Positions 8,562 through 18,929 are shown, counted from the first letter of the stretch. The stretch: 64,000 bases of DNA from Candidatus Heimdallarchaeota archaeon (GCA_016840095.1 JAEOSZ010000095.1:46060-110059), one strand, 5' to 3'. The notes: generated by a model not told the origin, from the letters alone. A program made the numbers and translations.

Positions 8562-9704
8562 TTACAAATAGCCCTTAATTAGAGCCTTGAAATAAACAAT
8601 TTTGAATGCTTTCTTGAATAATCCATATAGAAATAAGTTGTGTAAACCAAATTTTCTAGGAGCATAGTTATAACTAAATACCAATAACATTGATCTGCGG
8701 AATGAAGTGACTACAAAACAAACAGTAAAACCTCCGTATTTCTTAGTAGGTTCCTTTCCTTTCATTTCAAGTAGAATGTTTTTTATCAGCGCAGGAGCTG
8801 AAAAATGAGCAGCTGCTCCAGATTTTGAAATTGGCATATCAGTGCAATCACCTATTGCATACATACTTTTCTGATCTTTTACTTTTAGTGTAAACTTATC
8901 AGTACGAACAAATCCTTCGCGATCTCCTATACCTGCATCGAAAATTACTTTGTGCCCAACATGAGGTGGAATTAAGACTAATAAATCGTATTCTATCTCT
9001 TCTCCTTCTAGAGAAATAATTTTTTGATTTTCTTTATCAACTTCTTCATAGTTGAAGAATTCAACAAATTCTATCCCTCGTTTGTCAAAGAGTTTTTGAA
9101 CTTTTTCAGAGACTCTTGCTTCTGGATATGGTCGCATTAGTGGATAGAGATATTTAATTGTGGTCTTATCACGTAGTTTGATCTTCCTTAGGTAAGTGTC
9201 AAGTAAAAAGGTAAATTCAGCAGGTGCGGGAGGGCATTTGTATGGTACTGTTGATGGAGAAATTACAATAGTTCCACCTTTGAAGTTCTTAAGTGCATCT
9301 TGGAATTTCTTTGTAGCATCAGCTAGATAGAAATGATGAATTTTATCATCTTCATAAGAATCAACTTGCTCTTCATCCATTTTAGCTCCTGTTGCTAAGA
9401 CTAAGTAGTCATAAAGTAGGGTTTCTCCATTAGATAAGGCAATCTGTTTCTTTTCAGAATCAATATTTGTTGCAACTGTTCTCAGCCAAGTAGCTTTACC
9501 ACTAAGGACTTTGTTCATTGGTTTAGTAAACTTAGATTGAGGATATTTCTTAAAACCCCAAAAAACGTATTGAGGTTCATAAATGTTGAATTCGTTGGGT
9601 TCAATTAAGATTACTTTGGCATCTTTTCTACGTAGTTTCCTAGCTAATTTATTAGCTACTGTAATTCCTGCAAAACCTCCACCAACAATGACTATATTTT
9701 TCAT
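8562..9704 (-). CDS. sqr: Sulfide:quinone oxidoreductase-like flavoprotein (type III-like)
   Basis: GGGFAG Rossmann motif, YDYLVLATG, YKCPPAPAEF, YAIGD, SKSG, C-terminal TVCF cysteine. Confidence 0.82.
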   Translation of the reverse strand: MKNIVIVGGGFAGITVANKLARKLRRKDAKVILIEPNEFNIYEPQYVFWGFKKYPQSKFTKPMNKVLSGKATWLRTVATNIDSEKKQIALSNGETLLYDYLVLATGAKMDEEQVDSYEDDKIHHFYLADATKKFQDALKNFKGGTIVISPSTVPYKCPPAPAEFTFLLDTYLRKIKLRDKTTIKYLYPLMRPYPEARVSEKVQKLFDKRGIEFVEFFNYEEVDKENQKIISLEGEEIEYDLLVLIPPHVGHKVIFDAGIGDREGFVRTDKFTLKVKDQKSMYAIGDCTDMPISKSGAAAHFSAPALIKNILLEMKGKEPTKKYGGFTVCFVVTSFRRSMLLVFSYNYAPRKFGLHNLFLYGLFKKAFKIVYFKALIKGYL

Positions 9705-9715
9705 AATCTAATCCT

Positions 9716-9955
9716 CTAGTGTAATTTCTTGACAATGTATTTGTCGTGATCTTCTAAGTTGATGATTTCAACTAATTCATGCTTTGCTTTCTTTATCCAA
9801 GCAGGAACATCATTACGTGTTCCTTCATCAGAACTAAGAAGAGCTAATAATTCACCAACTTCAGCTTGACGAATCATTTTAATCAATTCCATCATTGGTC
9901 CAGGACAAAAACTTCCCCTGGCATCTATTTCTATAGCGATTTCATACTCTGTCAT
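9716..9955 (-). CDS. tusA: Sulfurtransferase TusA family protein
   Basis: IDARGSFCPGPMMEL...SSDEG. Confidence 0.92.
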   Translation of the reverse strand: MTEYEIAIEIDARGSFCPGPMMELIKMIRQAEVGELLALLSSDEGTRNDVPAWIKKAKHELVEIINLEDHDKYIVKKLH

Positions 9956-10015
9956 ACATTCACCAATTGTTTCCGATTATGACATTCATCTGCACAACCG
10001 TTTTTAAGCCTTTGG

Positions 10016-10068
10016 ATTTGTATACAAATATACTATTGTACTCTGGAGTACTTGTTCGTTCTACAATA
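10016..10068. promoter_or_regulatory. Palindromic operator cluster upstream of the sulfur operon promoter
   Basis: Perfect palindrome ATTTGTATACAAAT (10016-10029); GTACTC-TG-GAGTAC (10038-10051); TATTGTA...TACAATA. TATA-like TTAAAAA on the minus strand at about 10001-10007. Confidence 0.5.
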
Positions 10069-10123
10069 AGTAAATCTGTTGAACTAGTGATATTTATTAA
10101 TAGTTAGTATACTTTATTGAATA

Positions 10124-11809
10124 ATGAATAGAAAAGCTTCAGCAGTAGTTACGATTCTACTCTTTCTTAACTATCAATTTCTATCTGTTGCAATTGATGC
10201 TTCTATACCTATTAACATTAGAAAACAAGAAGCAGAACCATATCATTGGATTTGGGAAGAGCTTTACGGAGCTCCAGGTTCCATACCTGGAGAAGATGTT
10301 GTTTTCTGGGGAGAAAATCTAGGTCCATATCATAACTATACTGAACTAAGTACAAGACTGTCGATACTCAATTCAACCTTCTCAGAGTTTGTTGATTTAT
10401 ATTCAATTGGTCAAACCTGGCATGGGAGAGAGATTTGGTGTATTAAGTTAACTAATGAAACAGTTTCTACTCCCAAAACAGAATTCTATATTGTTGGAGC
10501 TCATCATGCTCGAGAAATGATTTCTGTTGAAAATTGCCTTTATTTCATTGATAAGATTATATATGAGACTGGGTTTGGATTTTATGAAAATCTTCTAACT
10601 ACAACTGAAATCTATGTTATACCCATGCTTAATCCAGATGGTCTCTCAATCATGCATTTCTATCCTGAACAAAGAAAAAATCTCAGACCAATTGATGATG
10701 AGGGAGATAACACAACTGACGAAAACCTGGATGGTTTCCTCGATGATGAACTAGAACGACTTTATTTCTGGAATGAAACTTCTAATGCGTCTGAAATTGT
10801 GCAAGAAGACCTTGATGGTGACTTCTCAATAGGTGAAGATTTACCTGGAGGTGTAGATCTGAATCGTAACTATGGAGCTTTTTGGAATGGAACAGGTTCT
10901 TCTCCAGATAAGATAAATCCTCTTTATCGAGGACCAGAACCATTCAGTGAAAATGAAACACGTGCCATTAGAGATTTTATGAAACAACATTTCTTCAATT
11001 TTGCTTTAAGTATGCATAGTGGAATTGAAGCTATTATTCCTCCATGGGGTAACAATGGTTCTCTACCAACAAAAGATGAAGTTGAATATAATGCACTAAT
11101 GGCTGAACTAAAGACTTTGACACTATTCCCCTTCTGGAATGAAACAGCTGGTTATTTAGCAAATGGTGTTTGGACTGATTACTGTTATCTTTTCCATGAT
11201 ATTGTTTGTTTTACACTAGAAGTTTATGAAACTGTATGGAATGGTAATTATTTTGACTACTACAATCCTTCTGGAAATGGAATATTAGCTAATTGTGAGA
11301 TGGTGTTTGATGCCTTAGTTTTCATGGCTGAAGGACCTCAGTTAACATACTCAAATAGTCTACCTTCAATTACAGTATTCTCACCTAGAAGTCCTAACCA
11401 AGTATTTGATAATTATACAATTGAATGGACTATGTCTGATTTGGAAGATGAGAATCTAAATTGTTCAGTCTTGGTCTCAGCTGATGGTTTTACATGGACT
11501 GTTCTTGCAGACAACCTAATTGATGAAACAAGTTATTTCTGGAATGTAACAGATGTTCAACCTGGTTCATATTACTTGAAAATTGCAGTTTCTGATGGAG
11601 ATAATTGGATCACTGATATCGGAGAGATCAGATTAAATGTTAAAAGGGAAGTAGAGAGTTCTAGATTTGGTTTCTGGTTGTTAGCCATACTATTTGGTGG
11701 TTTAGCTGCAATTTTTATTTTCTTCAATATTAGAAAACAAAAAAGTGTTGGCAAAATGTGGGATGATGAAAAAATTACAGATGAAAAAACAGATACTGTA
11801 GACAACTAA
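10124..11809 (+). CDS. M14 zinc carboxypeptidase, secreted, C-terminal TM anchor
   Basis: HHARE, NPDG, GVDLNRN, PFSENET, SMHSG; Ig-like domain and TM. Confidence 0.92.
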   Translation: MNRKASAVVTILLFLNYQFLSVAIDASIPINIRKQEAEPYHWIWEELYGAPGSIPGEDVVFWGENLGPYHNYTELSTRLSILNSTFSEFVDLYSIGQTWHGREIWCIKLTNETVSTPKTEFYIVGAHHAREMISVENCLYFIDKIIYETGFGFYENLLTTTEIYVIPMLNPDGLSIMHFYPEQRKNLRPIDDEGDNTTDENLDGFLDDELERLYFWNETSNASEIVQEDLDGDFSIGEDLPGGVDLNRNYGAFWNGTGSSPDKINPLYRGPEPFSENETRAIRDFMKQHFFNFALSMHSGIEAIIPPWGNNGSLPTKDEVEYNALMAELKTLTLFPFWNETAGYLANGVWTDYCYLFHDIVCFTLEVYETVWNGNYFDYYNPSGNGILANCEMVFDALVFMAEGPQLTYSNSLPSITVFSPRSPNQVFDNYTIEWTMSDLEDENLNCSVLVSADGFTWTVLADNLIDETSYFWNVTDVQPGSYYLKIAVSDGDNWITDIGEIRLNVKREVESSRFGFWLLAILFGGLAAIFIFFNIRKQKSVGKMWDDEKITDEKTDTVDN

Positions 11810-11892
11810 CATAAATTGGTGAAACTAGCAAGTTTTTTAAATCTGGTATCTAATATTATTATTATTAGTGGAAAGGATTAAGGGGTTCTAAC

Positions 11893-13035
11893 ATGCAAGC
11901 TCAATTATACATAACTCTGAAGTATGTTGTAGCTGTTGCATTATTCTGTGGTTTTATTGTGGCTATTTTCTTTGGTAGACGAAGACAAAATCCATTCTAT
12001 ATCCCTTGGTCAATTTTCTTGATTTCTTTTGGTTTATTTCAACTGATGGATGCTTTAACAAACCAATATGGAGTATTGCAAAGAATTGATGATATGCTGC
12101 CACCTGTTGGTAATGATACCATTCTTTTTCGATTGCTAAATGTTACGCACGCTTTAGCCATGATATTTCTATTTGCATCTTGTTTAGAGCAATCCATGAT
12201 TGTTCCTCCAAGAGCTAGTAGAATTATTGCTGCAAGTTTAACACTATTAGTTCTCTATTTTATTGTTATTCCACTAGAAGCGACACTTTTCAGTTTTGGA
12301 ACTCTTACCATTTCCATATATGGTAGATTGTTTACAGAGTTTTATGGTTTCATTTTTGGATTCATTGTTTTGTGTAGTGCTTTCCTACTGATTCCTGTAT
12401 TCATTCGTTATCTCAAACTATCACTTATTTCAAAGAATAACAGAATTAGATGGAAAACTATTATTACTTTTACTGTGTTCTTAATGTTACTTGGTTTAGC
12501 ATTTCTTATGACTGTGAGAAGAAAAGTAACAGAGAACGGTATGAATGAAAATACTTTTGCTATTTTTGAGATAGTTTACTCTTTCTTCATAGTATCAATA
12601 ATAGCGATTTATCAGAGTCAATCTGTTTCACATGGTATTGAAACAATAATAGTTGTTGATAGGGAAGGAAATCCTCTCCTTGGTTATTCTCCTTTTAGAA
12701 GAAGAAGGATTTCATTTGAGGAAAAGATTATTGCTGCTTCTGGGTATCTATCAGGGCTTTTTCACTTCATACATGACTATGTTGCTACGACAGACAAAGA
12801 AGAATTTAAGGAGCTAAAAACCACTTCCTCTACACTTTCTTTCTATGCTGGTGAAAAGATATTTATGATTGTTCAGTCGAAAATCTCAGGGGATCGATTA
12901 GATAAAACAACAAATACAGTTCTTTCAGAATTGGACAAATATCTTGTTGATTTTGAAGCTAATAGATTACCGTCTGAAGAACAGGTTGATGATATGATCA
13001 ACTTATTGGAAAAAAATTTCTACCTAATTGCTTGA
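11893..13035 (+). CDS. 7-TM membrane protein fused to a C-terminal longin-like domain
   Basis: Seven hydrophobic segments, then IIVVDREGNPLL...SGYLSGLFHFIHD...FKEL...LSFYAGEKIFMIV. Confidence 0.65.
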   Translation: MQAQLYITLKYVVAVALFCGFIVAIFFGRRRQNPFYIPWSIFLISFGLFQLMDALTNQYGVLQRIDDMLPPVGNDTILFRLLNVTHALAMIFLFASCLEQSMIVPPRASRIIAASLTLLVLYFIVIPLEATLFSFGTLTISIYGRLFTEFYGFIFGFIVLCSAFLLIPVFIRYLKLSLISKNNRIRWKTIITFTVFLMLLGLAFLMTVRRKVTENGMNENTFAIFEIVYSFFIVSIIAIYQSQSVSHGIETIIVVDREGNPLLGYSPFRRRRISFEEKIIAASGYLSGLFHFIHDYVATTDKEEFKELKTTSSTLSFYAGEKIFMIVQSKISGDRLDKTTNTVLSELDKYLVDFEANRLPSEEQVDDMINLLEKNFYLIA

Positions 13036-13079
13036 CATTTGCACCAAAACTTATATCTTGAAAATAATATTTTCATTTA

Positions 13080-14396
13080 ATGCTATCTATTGCGTTTGTT
13101 CTTGGAACAAGACCAGAAATAATCAAACTAGCCCCGATTATTTTTGAAGTTGAAAAAAGAGAAATTATACATACTATAATTCACACAGGTCAGCATTATG
13201 ATGAGAATCTTTCTTCAGAAATTTTTAAATCAGTAGGTCTTCGATCTCCTGATTATAATCTTGAAGTTAAAACAAAAATACCACATAAACAGCTTAGTGA
13301 GATGATAGAGAAACTTGGAGAAGTTTACTTAGAGGTAAAACCATCAGTAGTATTATCTGTGGGTGATACAACTAGTGTATTAGCCAGTAGTTTAGCATGT
13401 ATTCAGACAGGGATTCCATATGGTCATGTTGAAGCAGGTTTAAGATCCTTTGATCTTACTATGCCAGAGGAGAGAAATAGAAGATTAGTTGACCACATGT
13501 CCTCAATTCTGTTTGCACCTTCTGAAAGAGCGGTAATTAACCTAAATAATGAAGGAATTGAAGCAAAGAGAATTCATCAAACAGGAAATACAACAATTGA
13601 TTCAATTCGTATTTTCAAAACTTTGATTCACAAAAAAGATACAAAATCTGCTGATATCATTCTAGAACAAGTTAATGATTTCTTTGTTCTTGCTACAATT
13701 CATAGAGTTTCAAATGTAGAAAACAAAGAGAACTTAGAAGAAATTGTGAAAGCACTAGTAGAATTCAAGGATCACTCAATCGTTCTACTTATACATCCTA
13801 GAACCATGAAAAAAATAGAAGAATATGATTTGCACAAAACAATGAAGCAAAACAAGAAACTTTATTTGTTTTCGCCAGTAGATTATCCTTCCTTACTAAA
13901 ACTACTCAAACACAAGAATTGCTTATTAGTTTTGACTGATTCTGGAGGATTACAGGAAGAAGCTGCGTACTTGCAAAAACCTTGTTTAACAGTTCGTCCA
14001 AATACAGAAAGACCTGAAACAGTTGAACATGAGATCAACTTTTTAGTTGAAATAAAAGCATCTAAAATCTTGCAAAAAATATCTCTAATTTTATCTGAAG
14101 ATTTTGAATATAGATTTTCTACTTTTAAAACTCCTTATGGTGAAGGTTATGCAAGTCAAGAGATATTAAATTTAATTGAATCTAACTTCAAATTACTCAG
14201 CTTCAAATCACCCAGTAATTATCGTTCTGGCTCAAAATCTTACAACCTTTTGGAAATGGGTGTATCTATGGATAAGGAACTTATTAAGGATCAATTTAAT
14301 TGTCAACTAGTATCTTCATTTGATGAAAATGGATATCCAAAGAAGCTTGAAGATAAATTGAAAAAAGGGGATAGGGTTAGGATTCTGAAAGATTGA
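13080..14396 (+). CDS. wecB: UDP-N-acetylglucosamine 2-epimerase (non-hydrolysing)
   Basis: GTRPEIIK, HTGQHYD, HVEAGLRS, TDSGGLQEEA, TERPE. Confidence 0.95.
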   Translation: MLSIAFVLGTRPEIIKLAPIIFEVEKREIIHTIIHTGQHYDENLSSEIFKSVGLRSPDYNLEVKTKIPHKQLSEMIEKLGEVYLEVKPSVVLSVGDTTSVLASSLACIQTGIPYGHVEAGLRSFDLTMPEERNRRLVDHMSSILFAPSERAVINLNNEGIEAKRIHQTGNTTIDSIRIFKTLIHKKDTKSADIILEQVNDFFVLATIHRVSNVENKENLEEIVKALVEFKDHSIVLLIHPRTMKKIEEYDLHKTMKQNKKLYLFSPVDYPSLLKLLKHKNCLLVLTDSGGLQEEAAYLQKPCLTVRPNTERPETVEHEINFLVEIKASKILQKISLILSEDFEYRFSTFKTPYGEGYASQEILNLIESNFKLLSFKSPSNYRSGSKSYNLLEMGVSMDKELIKDQFNCQLVSSFDENGYPKKLEDKLKKGDRVRILKD

Positions 14397-14397
14397 T

Positions 14398-15387
14398 CTA
14401 CCAATTTATAAGTCCTATTGCTTTCAAAAGAACCCTTATTGCTGCAAAAGTTGCTAAAGACCAAAATCCTACTAGAATTATCTCTGACTTTATCCTATGT
14501 AGAAACCTTGGCACTATATTTGCCGTTATAACTGTACCTGCAGCCATTAATAAGACAATATCCCACTGAATAGAAGCTCCGGTAGGTACTCCTGAACCGA
14601 ATATGTCAAAAGATCTTATGAGAACTGCAAATGGTGTGGCAAACAATATTGTAAAAGTTGATGTTGCAGTTGCTACAGCTGCTGGAACACCCAAAGCCAT
14701 TGTTAGGATTGGAACATAGATAACGCCACCACCAAGTCCAAGAGTTGCACCAACAAATCCTCCAAGTATTGCAATGAAAATTCCAGGGATAAGTTTAGCC
14801 CTATACTTGAATTTAACACCTCTTTTATCTTCAAAATCTCTATAGAATGTTGTTCTTTTCCACCAAGGTCTAGCCATCTGCTCTTTATCACAATCTTCCT
14901 CTAAACACTCATCCGTTTCTGTTTCAAGACCTCTCCGTTTTTTTATCCAAGCAATGAAGATCGTAGTTAATTTGTATAATGCTATAGCAATCATCGTTGC
15001 ACCAAAGATAATCTGAAAGACATCTTTATTGACCTCTTGAACTTTTAACCATTGAGAAAATAATGCCCCAGATATTGCACCAGGAATTGCAAAAACCATA
15101 AATCTAACCGCTAAAGCATAATCGATTCTTTTCTCTCTTATATAAGAAATAGAACCACTCAAAGCAGTAAAAATAATAACACCAAGAGAGGTTGCAGTTG
15201 CTGTTGCACCAAGTAGTTCAGGATCTCCAACTTTATCTAATAGCAAACCACTGAAGGCAATAAGTAGGATTGGTACATTTAGTAAACCTCCACCAATTCC
15301 AAAAGTTGGTGATACAGCTCCACTAAGAAGTCCTGCCCCAAAGAGTGCTAAATAGGTCCACCATTGAAAGTGTTCAAACATTACCAT
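14398..15387 (-). CDS. Sulfite exporter TauE/SafE family
   Basis: Duplicated GIGGG/GLGGG...VP and ATATS motifs; multi-TM. Confidence 0.9.
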   Translation of the reverse strand: MVMFEHFQWWTYLALFGAGLLSGAVSPTFGIGGGLLNVPILLIAFSGLLLDKVGDPELLGATATATSLGVIIFTALSGSISYIREKRIDYALAVRFMVFAIPGAISGALFSQWLKVQEVNKDVFQIIFGATMIAIALYKLTTIFIAWIKKRRGLETETDECLEEDCDKEQMARPWWKRTTFYRDFEDKRGVKFKYRAKLIPGIFIAILGGFVGATLGLGGGVIYVPILTMALGVPAAVATATSTFTILFATPFAVLIRSFDIFGSGVPTGASIQWDIVLLMAAGTVITANIVPRFLHRIKSEIILVGFWSLATFAAIRVLLKAIGLINW

Positions 15388-15501
15388 AGTAACACCATTA
15401 ATATTTGAACTCTCATTGAACGTGATATTTAAAACTTTAATGTATGAACAAAATGGGTTATAGCAGAAATGATTTTAAACTACTAAAACATAGGAGAAAC
15501 A

Positions 15502-16362
15502 ATGAGTTCAAACGTCGAATTCTCCTTAGCAGAACATTTTCTTTCACTTATCGATAAGAAAACTATCTGGGAATTGGATATGATTTGTTCAATTCTTAAT
15601 ATTAACGTGGAGGATTTCACTAATTTCATAAACAAGTTTCCTATGGCTTATGGATTATCCGTTCAAGGTAAAAAATTATACATAACACCTGAATTGGTAG
15701 GTGATGTTGTTGATGAAATAAAGAAGTCATTTATTGAATGGTATCAAAGAATCGCTCCTGATGGATATTCTCAAGTGGTTCAAGCAACTATTTCTAGAAG
15801 AACTGAAGAGATTAGAAGTGATACTCCAGAAAGAGTTTCACCTAAAATCAAAATTTCTGTTTATGGAAATAACTATATTGTAGAAGATGTACTAAATGAT
15901 TATCTTGCAAGAGCAGGATTAAGTCCTTCTTTTAACTATACTGGAGGGTATGAGCCAATTGATTTTCAAAAAAACATTGGGAATGAAATATACAACTGTC
16001 AATTCATGTTGATAAATTATAATAGAGATATGATTTCTTTAGCTAATCTTTTATTTGAGATGCCAGAAGCTTTCATCTTCATTTTTGATCCTCTTGACCC
16101 ATTGCAAAGTGATAGGTTAGTCAAGATGATAAAAATCTTGATTTCAAAAAGGAAAAACGATATGTTCATCACTTTTCTAGCTAATGTTAAATCCGAGATA
16201 TCTCAAGATTCCCTAGAGGATGTAGCTAACACTCTTTCTTATCTGGTAGAGTTTCTAGAAGAAAAACCTCAATTTAAGGTATCTTTTGCAATTCTTTCAT
16301 CAACTGATCAAGTTGAGAGAAAAATTAACGATTTAATCCAAACAGCTAGAATGCTATTTTGA
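15502..16362 (+). CDS. Winged-helix-like domain plus degenerate small-GTPase-like domain
   Basis: KIKISVYG...FIFIFDP...ITFLAN strand pattern of a small GTPase, with no GKS/T. Confidence 0.45.
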   Translation: MSSNVEFSLAEHFLSLIDKKTIWELDMICSILNINVEDFTNFINKFPMAYGLSVQGKKLYITPELVGDVVDEIKKSFIEWYQRIAPDGYSQVVQATISRRTEEIRSDTPERVSPKIKISVYGNNYIVEDVLNDYLARAGLSPSFNYTGGYEPIDFQKNIGNEIYNCQFMLINYNRDMISLANLLFEMPEAFIFIFDPLDPLQSDRLVKMIKILISKRKNDMFITFLANVKSEISQDSLEDVANTLSYLVEFLEEKPQFKVSFAILSSTDQVERKINDLIQTARMLF

Positions 16363-17094
16363 TCTTATTTCTGTAACTTGTTTGGATTTAGTTTTCTTCT
16401 TTGGTGATTGTTTTTTGTACATCTGTTCTTCTAGATAATCACCTAGTTCAGGAAAAGCTCTAAAAGCTAGGTATAACTGATATGTACCTATTGCAAGAGA
16501 AACAAAGAATAACCCAAATAAAACAAAACCTATTATGAGAAAAACTGTATAAATGGTTTCATTTGAAAGAATGCCTAATGCAAGAACACTTACTGTAAAA
16601 GAACTATAAGCAAGAGCTTGAATAAGATAAGCAATTGATAAAAATGGTAAAGGATTTCTCGGCATGAGTTTCTTTATATACAAAGTAACGAGATCTCTGT
16701 AAAAGAAGTAAAAGCCTATTGATATTGCTAGAAGAGAGAGAATCTGTAATATGGCAAAAATATAGAAGAAAGCTATAGTATACACGAATTCTCCAATTAT
16801 CAAACTGATTTGAGATAGGAGAAGTCCCACACTACCCCCAAAAATAAATCCTATTGTTTTTTTACTTCTCTCCCACTTTACAACAGGATCATAGGTCAGA
16901 TTAAAAACGCCCCAACAAAACCCTACTAAGCCAAGAATTATTGGAATTAAGGGAATTTGCTGAGCCTTCCATCCTATAAGCATAGTATCTTGAAAAAACT
17001 TTGAACTAGCTGCTACAAGTACATAGAAGAAGAAAACCAAAACTGAACTATTGATAATAAATTTGGAATGTTGTTTGCGGTTAATTATCCTCAC
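16354..17094 (-). CDS. Hypothetical membrane protein (about 6 TM)
   Basis: Hydrophobic helices; overlaps its neighbours. Confidence 0.75.
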   Translation of the reverse strand: MRIINRKQHSKFIINSSVLVFFFYVLVAASSKFFQDTMLIGWKAQQIPLIPIILGLVGFCWGVFNLTYDPVVKWERSKKTIGFIFGGSVGLLLSQISLIIGEFVYTIAFFYIFAILQILSLLAISIGFYFFYRDLVTLYIKKLMPRNPLPFLSIAYLIQALAYSSFTVSVLALGILSNETIYTVFLIIGFVLFGLFFVSLAIGTYQLYLAFRAFPELGDYLEEQMYKKQSPKKKTKSKQVTEIRSK

Positions 17095-17806
17095 CCTTTA
17101 TCTCATTTTCAAGGAGCTCAACATCTTCAATATAATTTGCATCATCTGAATCTAAGGAGTAATCTTCTATAGTATACTTTTCTGAATTGAACATATTCAA
17201 TGTTGATGATAAACCAAAGAAACCTAAAATTATAAGAAAAGCAGCAAATAAGAAAAGTATTAGTGAAACATTTTCAATCCAGGCATATAATACTAACGGA
17301 TAAATTAGCACACTATACCAGTTAATAATCGCTGGTGCTAGTAACACTATAATACCTGCTGGGATGTACCATTGTCCTTTTCTAGGTAAGTAACTATTGT
17401 TGAATAGAGAATTAATTGTATTCCTTAGAAAAATAAAGCCTACGGCTAAAACAATAAAGTATGTAACTATAAATGAGAGTCGAACATAAATGAATGGTTT
17501 CATGTTCCAGCTAGCTTTTAAGTTGATATACGCTAATATTAATGCTACAATATCGATAAGACTTGATGATATTAGAAAAATACTTGGAAGTTTCCATTTG
17601 ATGTTCTCACTTAATGATAGGCCCAATCTTATCAAGCCTATTGAAAAGAGTATAAGAGCAAAATCAAAAGCAGCATCAACTACTAATACAAGTTCTATTG
17701 CATATTTACCAAAAATGTAGCTTCCAGCAACCTTTAACATCTGAAGAATTGTTAATATCCACGCACTATAAACCAGATGTTTGGTAATATCGGATCTTTC
17801 GCTCAA
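17081..17806 (-). CDS. Hypothetical membrane protein (about 6 TM)
   Basis: Hydrophobic helices; PRKGQWYIPAG loop. Confidence 0.75.
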   Translation of the reverse strand: MSERSDITKHLVYSAWILTILQMLKVAGSYIFGKYAIELVLVVDAAFDFALILFSIGLIRLGLSLSENIKWKLPSIFLISSSLIDIVALILAYINLKASWNMKPFIYVRLSFIVTYFIVLAVGFIFLRNTINSLFNNSYLPRKGQWYIPAGIIVLLAPAIINWYSVLIYPLVLYAWIENVSLILFLFAAFLIILGFFGLSSTLNMFNSEKYTIEDYSLDSDDANYIEDVELLENEIKGEDN

Positions 17807-17810
17807 TTTT

Positions 17811-18827
17811 CTAACCCTTTTTCAGATATGGATTAGGTTCTCCACAGTCTCCACAGAAAGCTGAATCTTCATCAAGCTCTAAACCACATTTTACGCAAAA
17901 CATCTTCTTTGGAATTGATGGATCATCGATTAAGATGTCTTCTATTTTCTCCTCTGATTGAACAGCGGGTTTGACAGGTGGTGGTGGAGCTAACCCTCCA
18001 AACAATCCTCCCCTTCTTCCACCAAACATACCTCCTCCTTGTTGTCTAGCTTGTGCTTGCTGAGCTCTGGCTTCTTCTATTCTTTGGAATAGCTCTTCTG
18101 GGATTTTATCTAGAGTTGCAAAAGCTCTTCTTAGATACCAAAAACCTAAGACAATCATAACTAAATTCCCCATACTGAAGAAGTATTGAACCCAGAGAAG
18201 AACCTGAAATCCTTCTTCTACAAATAGCTCTGCATCCTCACCTTCACCAACGAAGTAGGCATAGGTTTCCTGAGGAATTATGGTTTCAATTGTTAGATAG
18301 ATGAATAATAATGCAAAACCTATGGGAAGTGATAGTTGTCCTTTATAGATATTCCTTCTGTCTGCTGCATATTTGTCTACTTCTCCTTTGAGAATATAGA
18401 ACGCTCCGGTGAAAACTGCAGCTGAAACAATAAAAGTGATATTTACAGGTAGTTGAACTTGAGCTACAGGATCACCTATACTAATGATACCAAATGATAT
18501 AACACCTGTTGCATAGAGAATACCTAAAAACCTAGATACTAACAAAATAATTGCGGCTACTCCAATGGTGATACTGGTTATGAAAATTGTTTTATTCTCT
18601 TCATCTTTGTGAAAAGAGTATAGTCCATAGGCTAACCATAATATCGCTAGGCTTTGAACAACACTAAGTCCGATGTCTACATACACAATTGCAGGTCCAG
18701 AAGCTAATAGGAATGTGAACATACTAACCATCATTGCTAAAACATAAACAAGAGATGAGTTTGTTATGTGTTTCCTGATTGAATTTTTAATCCCTGTTTC
18801 AGGCTTTAACTCTATTTCATCCATCAT
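17811..18827 (-). CDS. 6-TM membrane protein with C-terminal zinc ribbon
   Basis: TM region, Q/G/P low-complexity linker, then FCVKCG...FCGDCG. Confidence 0.8.
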   Translation of the reverse strand: MMDEIELKPETGIKNSIRKHITNSSLVYVLAMMVSMFTFLLASGPAIVYVDIGLSVVQSLAILWLAYGLYSFHKDEENKTIFITSITIGVAAIILLVSRFLGILYATGVISFGIISIGDPVAQVQLPVNITFIVSAAVFTGAFYILKGEVDKYAADRRNIYKGQLSLPIGFALLFIYLTIETIIPQETYAYFVGEGEDAELFVEEGFQVLLWVQYFFSMGNLVMIVLGFWYLRRAFATLDKIPEELFQRIEEARAQQAQARQQGGGMFGGRRGGLFGGLAPPPPVKPAVQSEEKIEDILIDDPSIPKKMFCVKCGLELDEDSAFCGDCGEPNPYLKKG

Positions 18828-18929
18828 TATAATCTAACCATCTTAAAGTATTATTTAAATTTGTGGAGTTGTGTTATTTCCGGTTGAAGAGAAAAAGGAA
18901 AGTATATAAGTACTCCCAAATACCATTTT

